NCBI RefSeq assembly: GCF_037042905.1
Contig: NC_087251.1
Coordinates: 26,786,001 to 26,850,000 of the forward strand
Direction of reading: 5' to 3'
Source: Lytechinus pictus
Lineage: Eukaryota
DNA length: 64,000 bases
A program made the position numbers and the translations under genes. The notes beneath the pieces were generated by a model. It worked only from the letters and a program-made list of their open reading frames with translations, had not been told where the DNA came from and ran no database searches. Position 1 is the stretch's first letter. Each line of letters starts with the position of its first letter. This document shows positions 54,455-64,000 of the stretch, piece after piece.

Positions 54455-54598
54455 GTATGTCAGTGAAGCACGGGGTCTGGATAAAGAGTATAGAAAGACT
54501 CTCCCAAACACGAAAACCTCACATGCTTAATGTACCCCCAATTCCAAATGAAACAACTACTGGTGATAGAACCAGTTGAATCATTGAATGTTGGGGGA
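54455..54598 (-). ncRNA. Candidate intronic box H/ACA snoRNA
   Basis: Sense to EEF1G, ~144 nt: hairpin 1 CCCCCAA..TTGGGGG with inner AATGA/TCATT and ACTGGT/ACCAGT; H box ACATTA (54528-54533); hairpin 2 GTGAGG..CTTCAC with AGAGT/ACTCT; ACA at 54458-54460. Confidence 0.6.
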
Positions 54599-55190
54599 TT
54601 AAGGATGTAAATTCCAATCATTGAAAGCAATGAAGCCAGTACATGGTTGATAAATTCACAAATGGATGTGATTACATGTGTGTCTAACCTTGTAATTAAT
54701 AGGTTCCTGTACAACATATAAAGCATATGAGAATAACAGTTATCATGAGATTGAATAACTATTTCACAAAAAATCAAAAACCTAAAATGAAGCGAACATT
54801 TCCTGCTTCCAACTAAAACAGCCGACATGACGATACTTCTTCGCAGTGGCGTACCGTGGGTCGCGGCATTGGGGGGGGGGGGGGGCACCAGCAAAAATTT
54901 TGAGTCACTTAGTGAGCGCGCAAAGCCCACTCAGTTGCCAGGTATACTGACCTAATGGAGACATATTTAAGGACAGAGCCATTAAACGGATATGTAGGTC
55001 TCTGGTCAAATAATGCGAGCGCGAAGCTGAAAATTTTTGATATTCAGACCTAAAAAGGGACATTATAGGCAAATTTTTGTAATCATGATACGTACCTGTC
55101 TCGCTAAACAAAAAATACGAAGCGCGAGTTGAAATTTTTTAATAGACCCCAAACGGACATTTTAAGGACTATATTTTAGGAATCCATTAA

Positions 55191-55934
55191 CCCTATCTTA
55201 ACTGGGCTATTTCGGACCAGTATATACTTGGGGAGGGGGGTCAATTTGACCCCCCCCCCCTCAGATCTTGGCCGCTGATTGCGCGATCGCCGCGAAAATT
55301 TGCACACGCGTAGAGCCGGATGTAAACTACAAGACAGTATAGAAAAATTTTCAACATATTAATTGTTTTTATTTTTTATTAATTAATTATGCAAATAAGC
55401 GTATGAAATTTGCCCTAAATTTGTTTTTTTTCGGTATGTTTTTGCCTTTAACTCAATTTATATAGCTAGAAGAATGCTAATTTTTGGTGGGAGTATCAAT
55501 TATTACATTTCTAACAAATATCTACAAAAAAATTGCAAAAATATGATTAATTTCTTATGTTTTTTATTGTTTTTTCCGATGAACTTTGTCAGGGACCCTT
55601 TTGCGATCATAAATAGCATAAAATAAATCCATGAAAACCAACAAAAGTGAAAATAATCATACATTTATGATTTCAGGTTAAAAAACACAAATTGCATTGA
55701 CTTTGTACATGGAATCACGTTTTTGAGCAATTTCGGGTCTGACATGCACTTACAAAATGTTGCGTTTTTTCGGAACCACGTACCCGGGGCGTCGCAAATT
55801 TTGTCTCAAAGGATGCGCAAAATTTGACAGTAAAAAGTCAGTGAGCGGTGCGGTAAAAAATTTGGCGCGACAGCGTAGTGACAAAATTTTTCGAGGGGGG
55901 GTCAAATTGACCCCCCCCCCCCGTTTAATAAGGG
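55191..55934. mobile_element. piggyBac-like MITE (744 bp)
   Basis: TTAA|CCCT ... AGGG|TTAA; subterminal GGGGGGTCAA(T/A)TTGACCCCCC palindromes at both ends. Confidence 0.85.
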
Positions 55935-56331
55935 TTAAGAGTATACATCTCTTACCATACTCATCTAATGCGAGTGCCAAGCGCTTGCTGATTTTGTTAG
56001 AATTACTTTTAAACACATGAAGCACTTGTGGTCACTGTAATCATGATTAGCATACGCATCTCACTAATCAAATATTGCGAGCGCGAGCTAAAAATTTAGG
56101 AAATTAAGACCTGAAGAGCATTCTAAGGCTTGTTTGTAGGAATTCACTATAAGACCACACGTATTTCACTAACAAAATGATGCGAGCGCGAAGCGCAAGC
56201 TGAAAATTTCTGATATTCAGATCAGAAAAAGAGACATTTTTAAGGACTGATTTTAGGAATTCATGAAGAGCAGACATCTCACGAACCCCCTAATGCGAAC
56301 GTAAGCACGGACAGTAAATATTTTTTATTAA

Positions 56332-58303
56332 AGGAGAAATATATTGATTATGAATATGGCCTTATTATATATCAGTGGAAAGATCATGATGTGGGGATTA
56401 TCATTTGGCCATTCAAAAATAACGAAAGTAATACATAAGGTGGAAATCGCCAATTAAAAAGCGCTAAAATGCCTCTCCGAAATACGCCTCCCATCGGTCT
56501 CTGAATTGACTCGAATTTGATGACGTGTATGAGTGTATGAGAGACGTGATTGGCTTTCCCATGGCAAGCACCACTTGCATGCAAAACCTGTTGCAAGGGT
56601 ACGTTTTTCTCCACACTGTCACTGAATACCACGATCACGAAATGAAGGAAAACCCAGAAGTTTATCTAGATTTTGGATTTTTAAATTGATCATTTTGAAG
56701 ATGAAGAGAATGATGATGAAGTTTCTAGCTCTAGTGACGTGGATGGGGGTAAATTAGGGGAATTACGTCTATGATGAGTCGGACAATTCAAACTTGCATG
56801 CCGATTCGCTACCAACTCATGCAGCTGCTAGTGCTAGCTGCACGTAGCGTAGGCCTACCGCGGGCCAAAATAAATCCATGAAATTCCAGCCTGACCATCC
56901 ATACAGAGTCTCTTCTCTCTGTCAAGGCTCTAAAGAAAGAAAATAATGATATAACTGTACTTACAAACAAGTGAATATATCCTAAGGAAGGCAAATCAAC
57001 TCAACGAATAGCAGCAGACAATATTCACCGACGATAAACTTCACGTGGTTGGGATAAATGTCACTCGTTCTGTTAGATATAATTTCTACCTCACTATTTT
57101 GACAAAAATTACGAAACTCGGGGAATTATTCATCTATATAAAAATATAGTAACACCTCGTACTATTTTTGAATTACGATAAAATCTTTTTTGAAGCAAAA
57201 AGTTGAGGTAAATTAGAATTAGATGTAAAAGATCATCCCCAACATGCGTAGCTCGTATGTGATTGTAAACAAACCTTCACAAACACACATTGCTTGCTCG
57301 CCTTGGCTGAGAGAGTAGGTGCACGTGTTGCACAGCTCTCAATCGGCATTTTGGATGGTTTGTTTACAATCACATACGAGCTACGCATGTTGGGGATGAT
57401 CTTTTACATCTAATTTTAATTTACCTGAACTTTTTGCTTCAAAAAAAGGTTTTATCGTAATTTTAAAATCGTACGAGGTGTTCCTATATTTTTATATAGA
57501 TAAATAATTCCCCGAGTTTCGTAATTTTGTCAAAATAATGAGGTAGAAATTACATCTAACAGAACGAGTGACAATTTATCCCAACCACGTGAAGTTTATC
57601 ATCGGTGAATATCGTCTGCTGCTATCCGTTGAGTTGATTTGCCTTCAGATTCATATATATTCACTTGTTTGTAAGTACAATTTTATCATTATTTTCCACC
57701 TTTAGAGCCTTGACAGAGGGAAGAGACTCTGTATGGATGGTCAGGCTGGAATTTTCATGGATTTATTTTGGCCCGTGGTAGGCCTACGTGCGTGCAGCTA
57801 GCACTAGCAGCTGCATGAGTTATGGTAGCAAATCGGCATGCAAGTTGAATTGTCAGACTCATCATCATACACGTAATTCCCCTAATTTACCTCCATCCAC
57901 GTCACTAGAACTAGAAATTTCATCATCATTCTCTTCATCTTCAAAATCATCAATTTGAAAATCCAAAATCTAGATAAACTTCTGGGTTTTCTTTCATATA
58001 CTGATCGAAGTATTCAGTGACAGTGTGGAGAAAACGTAACCTCGCAACAGATTTTGCATGCAAGTGGAGCTTGACGTGGGAGAGCCAATCACGTATCTCG
58101 TACACTTATACACGTCATAAATAAAAAACAATTTCACGTAATTGAGCGTGTTTGAAGCATTTAGAGAGAGAACTTTGAAATATCAATTAAGTGATTTTCA
58201 TCGGTCTCCATGATAAATGATGTACACCATCGTGTTCTTCTTATTTTCCCCTTTAATTTGATATATAATTCTTCATTTTTATGATTTTCAATATATTTCT
58301 ACT
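56332..58303. mobile_element. Kolobok-like element with internal ~760-bp-arm inverted repeat
   Basis: TTAA|AGGAGAAATATATTGA ... TCAATATATTTCTACT|TTAA; arms ~56519-57275 and ~57357-58120 are near reverse complements around an ~80-bp spacer. Confidence 0.85.
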
Positions 58304-59131
58304 TTAAGACCTTAAAATGGGGCAATCACTTTAAGTAGTCATAAAAAAGAAGCAAATGTCACTACATAAAACAATAATAACTGGAAGTGCGAGGAAATAT
58401 ATTTGGTGTGTACTTGAAAATGGGAGGTTTTAGTACAGCAGGATTATATATCTTGTTAAACAGACAATGCGAGCACCAGGAACAATGAAGATAGGCCCTG
58501 AGCAAATTATGTTTCATAAAGTTATGAAAAAAATGTTTCTTATGTAATATAATTATAATACAACATTATTATGAACAATAAATTCTTCTTTTTTCTCTTC
58601 CTTTCTCCTCTTTCTCCTTTTCCCCGTTTTTTTTTGCCAAGCGATGGGGGGGGGGGGGGGGCACGTAGTTATGCCACTGCTTCTTCGTGATAAGTCAACT
58701 AATGAAAAAACTGTTTCTTATGTAATATAATTATAATACAACATTATTATTAACAATAAATTCATCTTTCCCGCTACGTTTCTCTCCCTTTCTCCTTTTC
58801 CCCGTTTTTTTTTTGCCAACCGATGGGGGGGGGGGGGGGGGGCACGTGCCCCCCCCCCCATGCCCCCCGTAGTTACGCCACTGCTTCTTCATGATAAGTC
58901 AACTAATGAATAAATCAAACCCATGCGGAACTTTATGAATATTTGTCCTCATAAAATTTGTCCAGGTCAAGGCTACTTCTGTAAACCCTAGTGAATTAAC
59001 ATAAGCAGACTTTGATCAAAACAAGAAAATTTACTTCAAAGACTGTGGGCACTCAATACCACAAATTAATTTAACAGAAAGAACTAATGGAAAATTAAAA
59101 AGAGTTGCCAATTTGACAGAGCATTACTTAC

Positions 59132-59256
59132 ATCAAAGATTAGAGATTGTCCCTTCCAGAAAAAGACACCTTGTACTTGGGTGCTTTTGTCCTCTCCAAA
59201 GATAAGCATGACACCAAACGCATGCTTCATCATCTTATCAACACGTTGGTAAAATC
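59132..59256 (-). CDS. EEF1G: Elongation factor 1-gamma (eEF1B-gamma), penultimate coding exon (125 bp)
   Basis: Acceptor TTTTTTTTTCTCCAG, donor GTAAGT; translates (G)FYQRVDKMMKHAFGVMLIFGEDKSTQVQGVFFWKGQSLIFD, matching the eEF1G C-terminal domain pattern (G..QR.DK..K.AF....FG.......GV....GQ.L.F); splices in frame to 52461. Confidence 0.95.
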
Positions 59257-59284
59257 CTGGAGAAAAAAAAACAGGATTATGGCA

Positions 59285-59440
59285 TGATCATCACCAACAC
59301 AGTATCACCCAACCACCACCACCACCACCCCACCACTACCACAACAACCACCACCACCACCACCATCATTGTCATCACCATCACCACCACCACAACAATC
59401 ATCATAATCAACACTATCATCATCACCACTGACTAACATC
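59285..59440. repeat. (CAC/CAT)n degenerate microsatellite
   Basis: CAC, CAA and CAT triplets. Confidence 0.85.
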
Positions 59441-59937
59441 ATCTAAGGCATATAAAGCAAGACCACTTGCCACTAAGGGAACAAAAATTTCCAAGCCAAT
59501 GAAAAGGGCAATGAGGCCAAAAGATAAGGTATCCAAGGCCATGAGTTACACCTTGACCTTGGAGTCATTAAGTTCACGTGTGGTCATTTATACTTTTGAG
59601 GATTGAAATCAATAGATGTATTGCTGTTTATGATCAAAATTGACTTGCCAACACATTACATGGAAACAAATACTAAAACAATAAAAGAAGAAATACATTT
59701 GTTTTATGAACTTTCATGAACAAGCTTTCATATTAAATTTCTTTTTCAGTACAATCCTAAAGAGAGCATCAGGAAACAAAAACAATTGGGTGCCTGTTTA
59801 CGTAAATCTGAATCATGATTTTTCCATAGATTAGAAAGAAAGATGCTGACAATAGTCAGTGAAGGATTGAAGAGGTTCTATAAAAAGTTTAACTCCCACT
59901 CTTTCAAGATTCCTTCTCAATTATAACCATTATTCAT

Positions 59938-61444
59938 AACAAATGGAGCGCCTCCGGCAGTCTCACCTGCATCATGCGATTCAATATGCCAGCAGTGCTG
60001 ATTTTGAAAACTACTATAAAATAATTATTCACAAAAAACACTATTCATATGATACAATACTACGTTCATTGACATTTGACCTTGATCATGTGACCTAAAA
60101 CTCAATGACCTTTGACTTTGGTCATGTGACCTGAAACTCGCATTAAAAGTTCAGTGATACTTGATGACTCTTATGTCCAAGTTTTATCAACTAGACCAAT
60201 ATACTTACAGAGTTATGATGGTAATTCAACAAATACCCCCAACATGGTCAAAGTCCATTGACCTTTGACCTTGGTCATGTGACCTGAAATTCGCACAGGA
60301 TGTTCAGTGATACTTGATTACTCTTATATCCAAGTTTCATGAATCAGATCCATAAACTTTCAAAGTTATGATGGTAATTCAACAAATGCCCCCAATTTAG
60401 CCAAAGTTCATTGACCCTAAATGACCTTTGACCTTGGTCATGTGACCTGAAACTCAGGCAGGATGTTCAGTAATACTTGATCAACCTTATGGCCAAGTTT
60501 GACGAACTAGGTCCACATACTTTCTAAGTTATGCTGTCATTTCAACAAGTGGAATGCCTCTGGCCGTCTCACCTGCATCACGCGATTCAATATAGCAGCA
60601 GTGCTGATTTTGAAAACTACTATAACTCGCACAAGATGTTCAGTGATACTTGGTTACTCTTATTTCCACGTTTTATGAACTAGACCAGTACACTTATAGA
60701 GATATGATGGCAATTCAACAAATACCCCCAACGTGGCCAAAGTTCATTGACCCTAAATGACCTTTGACCTTGATCATGTGACCTGAAACTTGCACAGGAT
60801 GTTCAGTAATACTTGATTACTATTATTTCCAAGTTTCATGAATCAGATCCATAAACTTTCAAAGTTATGATGGTAATTCAACAGATACCCCAATTCGGCC
60901 AAAGTTCATTGACCCTAAATGACCTTTGACCTTGGTCATGTGATGTGAAACTCATGCAGGATGTTCAGTGATACTTGATTAACCTTATGTATAAGTTTCA
61001 TGAACTAGGTCCATATATTTTCTAAGTTATGATGACATTTCAAAAACTTAACCTTAGGTTAAGATTTTGATGTTGATTCCCCCAACATGGTCTAAGTTCA
61101 TTGACCCTAAATGACCTTTGACCTTGGTCATGTGACATGAAACTCAGGCAGGATGTTCAGTAATACTTGATTAACCTTATGGCCAAGTTTCATGAACTAG
61201 GTCCATATACTTTTTAAGTTATGCTGTCATTTCAAAAACTTAACCTCAGGTTAAGATTTGGTGTTGACGCCGCCGCCGCTGCCGCCGTCGGAAAAGCGGC
61301 GCCTATAGTCTCACTCTGCTATGCAGGTGAGACAAAAACTTAACCGGTTAAGATTTGGTGTTGACGCTGCCCCCGCCACCTCCGTCGCCGCCGTCAAAAA
61401 AGCGGCGCCTATAGTCTCACTCTGCTATGCAGGTGAGACAAAAA
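59938..61444 (-). mobile_element. HINE copy, host of a nested HINE
   Basis: Same termini (AACAAATGGAGCGCCTC..GTCTCACCTGC; GCAGGTGAGACAAAAA) and 160-bp units; resumes at 61339 after the nested copy. Confidence 0.82.
60544..61338 (-). mobile_element. HINE nested in HINE
   Basis: Near-identical to 53091-54045 but one ~160-bp unit shorter; inserted into host TTTCAAAAACTTAACC A-run. Confidence 0.85.
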
Positions 61445-61560
61445 TCATTGCTGAAGAAAAAGACAAAATCACTAATCAAGAAAACACAGACAATCCTAAA
61501 AACTTCATTCATGGGGGTACTTTTTTAGGAATTGCCTCTATATCTGACCAAGATATATTA

Positions 61561-62160
61561 AACAAGTGGAGCGCCTCTGGCAGTCTCACCTGCATCACGC
61601 GATTCAATATAGGAGCAGTGCTGACTTTGAAAACTACTATAACATAATCATTCACAAAAAATACACAATTCATATAACGATACAATACTATGTTGACCTT
61701 GATCATGTGACCTAAGACTAGTCAGTGATACTTGATTACCCCTGTATCCATATTTTATAAACTATATCTATTAACTTTGAAAGTTATAATGGTAATTCAA
61801 CAAATACCCCCTACATGGCCAAAGTTCATTGACCTTTGACCTTGGTCATGTGACCTGAAACTCGCACAAGATGTTCAGTGATAATTGATTACTCTTATGT
61901 CTAAGTTCAGATCCATAAACTTTGAAAGTTATGATGGTAATTCAACAAATACTCCCAACATGGCAAAAGTTCATCAACCTTAAATGAACTTGGTCATGTG
62001 ACCTAAAACTCGCACAGGATGGTCAGTGATACTTGATTACTCTAATGTCCAAGTTATATGAATCAGATCCATAAACTTTTAAGATTTGTAGTTGATGCCG
62101 CCGCCGACGTCGGAAAAGCGGCGCCTATAGTCTCACTCTGCTATGTAGGTGAGACAAAAA
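61561..62160 (-). mobile_element. HINE copy (shorter, more diverged)
   Basis: AACAAGTGGAGCGCCTCTGGCAGTCTCACCTGC ... GTAGGTGAGACAAAAA. Confidence 0.82.
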
Positions 62161-62317
62161 CTGCATCTTCTATGAATGGCAAAACTCAAGATTATGTGTA
62201 CCAATGCCTGCTTTATGCACTATACCATATGTGTAATGTGCAAGTGAATAGCACTTGCATAAAGACAACCTTCCAGAAGTTGAATATTAACCAAAGTCAA
62301 AGCAACTTTTACTTTAA

Positions 62318-63078
62318 CCCTAAAAAGACTGGGGGGGGGGGGGGGCTGATTCAGCTCCCCCCCTCGACATTTTTCGCGATAAATCTGTAACGCGAAAAGC
62401 TGGCGCCTCGCCGTTCCATGACTTTCTTCTTTCAAGTCTTGCGCAACTTTTGAGACCAAATTTGCGATGCCCGGGTACGTGGATCCGAAATTACGCAACA
62501 TTTTGTAAGTGCATGTCGACCCGAAATTGCTCAAAAACGTGAATTTGTGTACAAATCCAATGCAAATTGTGTTTTTAGCCAAAATTCATAAATGTATCAT
62601 TATTTTCAATTTCACTAATCAAACTCAATTAATTTCATCTTGTTTATGGTCAGAATAAACAATTGAAAAAACAATAAAAAACAAAAAGATAAAAAACAAA
62701 AAGTCGAAAAACAAAGAAATACATAAGAAATTTAAAAAACAATAAAATACATAAGAAAAGAATTGTGATATTGATTTTTTTAAAGTACATTTGATCAGAA
62801 TCCTTCAAAGAGTCTATGAATAAAAAATTAGCAGTTTAGAGGCCTTATTTAGTTTATTAGAGCAAATCTTGGATTTTACGCATAAATTAGCATAACTAAT
62901 GAATTATGAGATTTTTCGGAAAATTTGATCCTAGTCTTGGAGATTATGCCATGGGTAATGCACGTGCCAATTTTCGTCGCGATCGCGCGGTCGACGGCCG
63001 AGATCATGGGGGGGGGGGCTGAATCAGCCCCCCCCCCCCAGTCTTCTTAGGCATCAAAATAGCCCAGTCTATTTAGGG
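62318..63078. mobile_element. piggyBac-like MITE (761 bp), related to 55191-55934 in opposite orientation
   Basis: TTAA|CCCTAAA ... TTTAGGG|TTAA; subterminal GGGGCTGA(T/A)TCAGC palindromes; shared internal block. Confidence 0.88.
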
Positions 63079-63241
63079 TTAAACCAGAGTATGCATAAGA
63101 AAATGTCATAACCCAAGACCAACAGATTTCTTTGGTCTCAATACACCTTATACATTGACATCACCACGCCGTCATCTTAGGGGTCAGTGCCATTGCCTAG
63201 CGTGCATTGGTGCATCTCTAACAACTCTGTTTACGCATATA

Positions 63242-63612
63242 TAGCTGATGAGGGAGGTCGCTACGAGATGACGTCAAAAGCCTAACGTCCAGACCTGCCA
63301 ACCTCTGGGAATGAAAAACTGTATTCTGTGATACAAAAAACTGTATTTTCCCCCAAAAAAGTGTATTTCATAATAAAATGCTTGGCGCACTCGCCCATCA
63401 CAGCGCTCAAGCTGCATGCAAGCTAAAATGCGCACTGCTCTTGCAGATGAAAAAAAAAACCATTGAAACTTGTGTATATCTCACCCTGGTTTTTACAAAA
63501 TGATTGAAAAAAAAAACAAGTTACCTGAAATTACATTGATCTAATAACCATATTTGTGTACGTTTTATGAAATAGAGACATATAGAGATGATTTTTCTCA
63601 ATAAATTACGAT

Positions 63613-63664
<52 letters not shown>

Positions 63665-63899
63665 GTTTTTTTTTTTTTAAATACTAAAAACGTATTTTTT
63701 AAAGAAAAAACGTACTGCCGTATTTTGGTTGCAAAAACGTACTAAATACGGCTAAAACGTACTGGTTGGCAGGTCTGAACGTCTATAGCTTTGACTACAA
63801 TAGGCAAAGTTACCTGTATTTTAATAAAATCTCCCAGATCACCCCAAATAGCATTTTATAAAATGCAATTAAATCCTGCTCTTCTTCCTCATCACGCTA
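63242..63899. mobile_element. Possible small Academ-like MITE interrupted by the hAT-like copy
   Basis: TAGCTGATGAGGGAG ... CTTCCTCATCACGCTA inverted ends; TSD not convincing. Confidence 0.45.
63290..63777. mobile_element. hAT-like MITE with 6-bp TSD (488 bp)
   Basis: TIR CAGACCTGCCAACC / GGTTGGCAGGTCTG; TSD AACGTC (63284-63289, 63778-63783). Confidence 0.9.
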
Positions 63900-64000
63900 A
63901 CTATCGACTACTGACCTGATACTAGATTGCAGGTCTGGAAGACCATGTTGTCTGCAAGGTATGATAATGGAAAGTACTCGCAATGCCAGAGGCTGTAACC

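Larger units (their letters stand above)
54844..58883. mobile_element. hAT-like non-autonomous element (8-bp TSD) hosting two nested elements; right end duplicated
   Basis: CAGTGGCGTA ... TACGCCACTG; TSD CTTCTTCG at 54836-54843 and 58680-58687 (CTTCTTCA at 58884-58891); internal GCGAGCGCGAAGC subrepeats. Confidence 0.85.

Noticed and set aside
63101..63230. Hairpin GAGACCAA/TTGGTCTT followed by ACA as a second H/ACA snoRNA
   Set aside because: No correctly placed H box and pocket-to-ACA spacing too short.
63618..63678. ~45-nt A run followed by a T run inside the hAT-like copy
   Set aside because: Absent from the sister copy; likely homopolymer expansion or sequencing artefact, with no retro-insert body.
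63810..63895. Acidic DEEEEQDL frame ending at CAG|GTAAC as a possible EEF1G exon
   Set aside because: No resemblance to the expected preceding eEF1G segment, no acceptor, and it lies within TAG..CTA inverted ends.

Overview
Eukaryotic, AT-rich, repeat-dense genomic DNA. The repeat families and homopolymer-G tracts suggest a marine invertebrate, probably a sea urchin (inference, not proven). The only host coding sequence I can support is two minus-strand exons missed by the ORF track: the last two coding exons of eEF1B-gamma (EEF1G) at 59132-59256 and 52309-52461, with a ~1.1 kb 3' UTR. A probable non-coding first exon of another minus-strand gene (TATA ~1305-1312, donor at 557/558) lies at the left edge, leaving ~50 kb of intergenic DNA between the two genes. 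The rest is non-autonomous DNA transposons with readable TIRs and TSDs (Kolobok-, piggyBac-, Tc1/mariner-, hAT-, Academ-, Harbinger- and foldback-like), Helentron-type (HINE) elements with ~160-bp tandem arrays, tRNA-derived SINEs, LINE 3' fragments and microsatellites, often nested. Most notable: a well-formed H/ACA snoRNA candidate in the last EEF1G intron; two 20-33 bp CATGGACCTA..TAGGTCCATG inserts with exact 7-bp TSDs resembling P-element-type excision footprints; recurrent TAGGCCTA micro-insertions; and a ~760-bp-arm inverted repeat inside the EEF1G intron. All calls are by eye; family assignments rest on terminus and TSD rules and need database confirmation.
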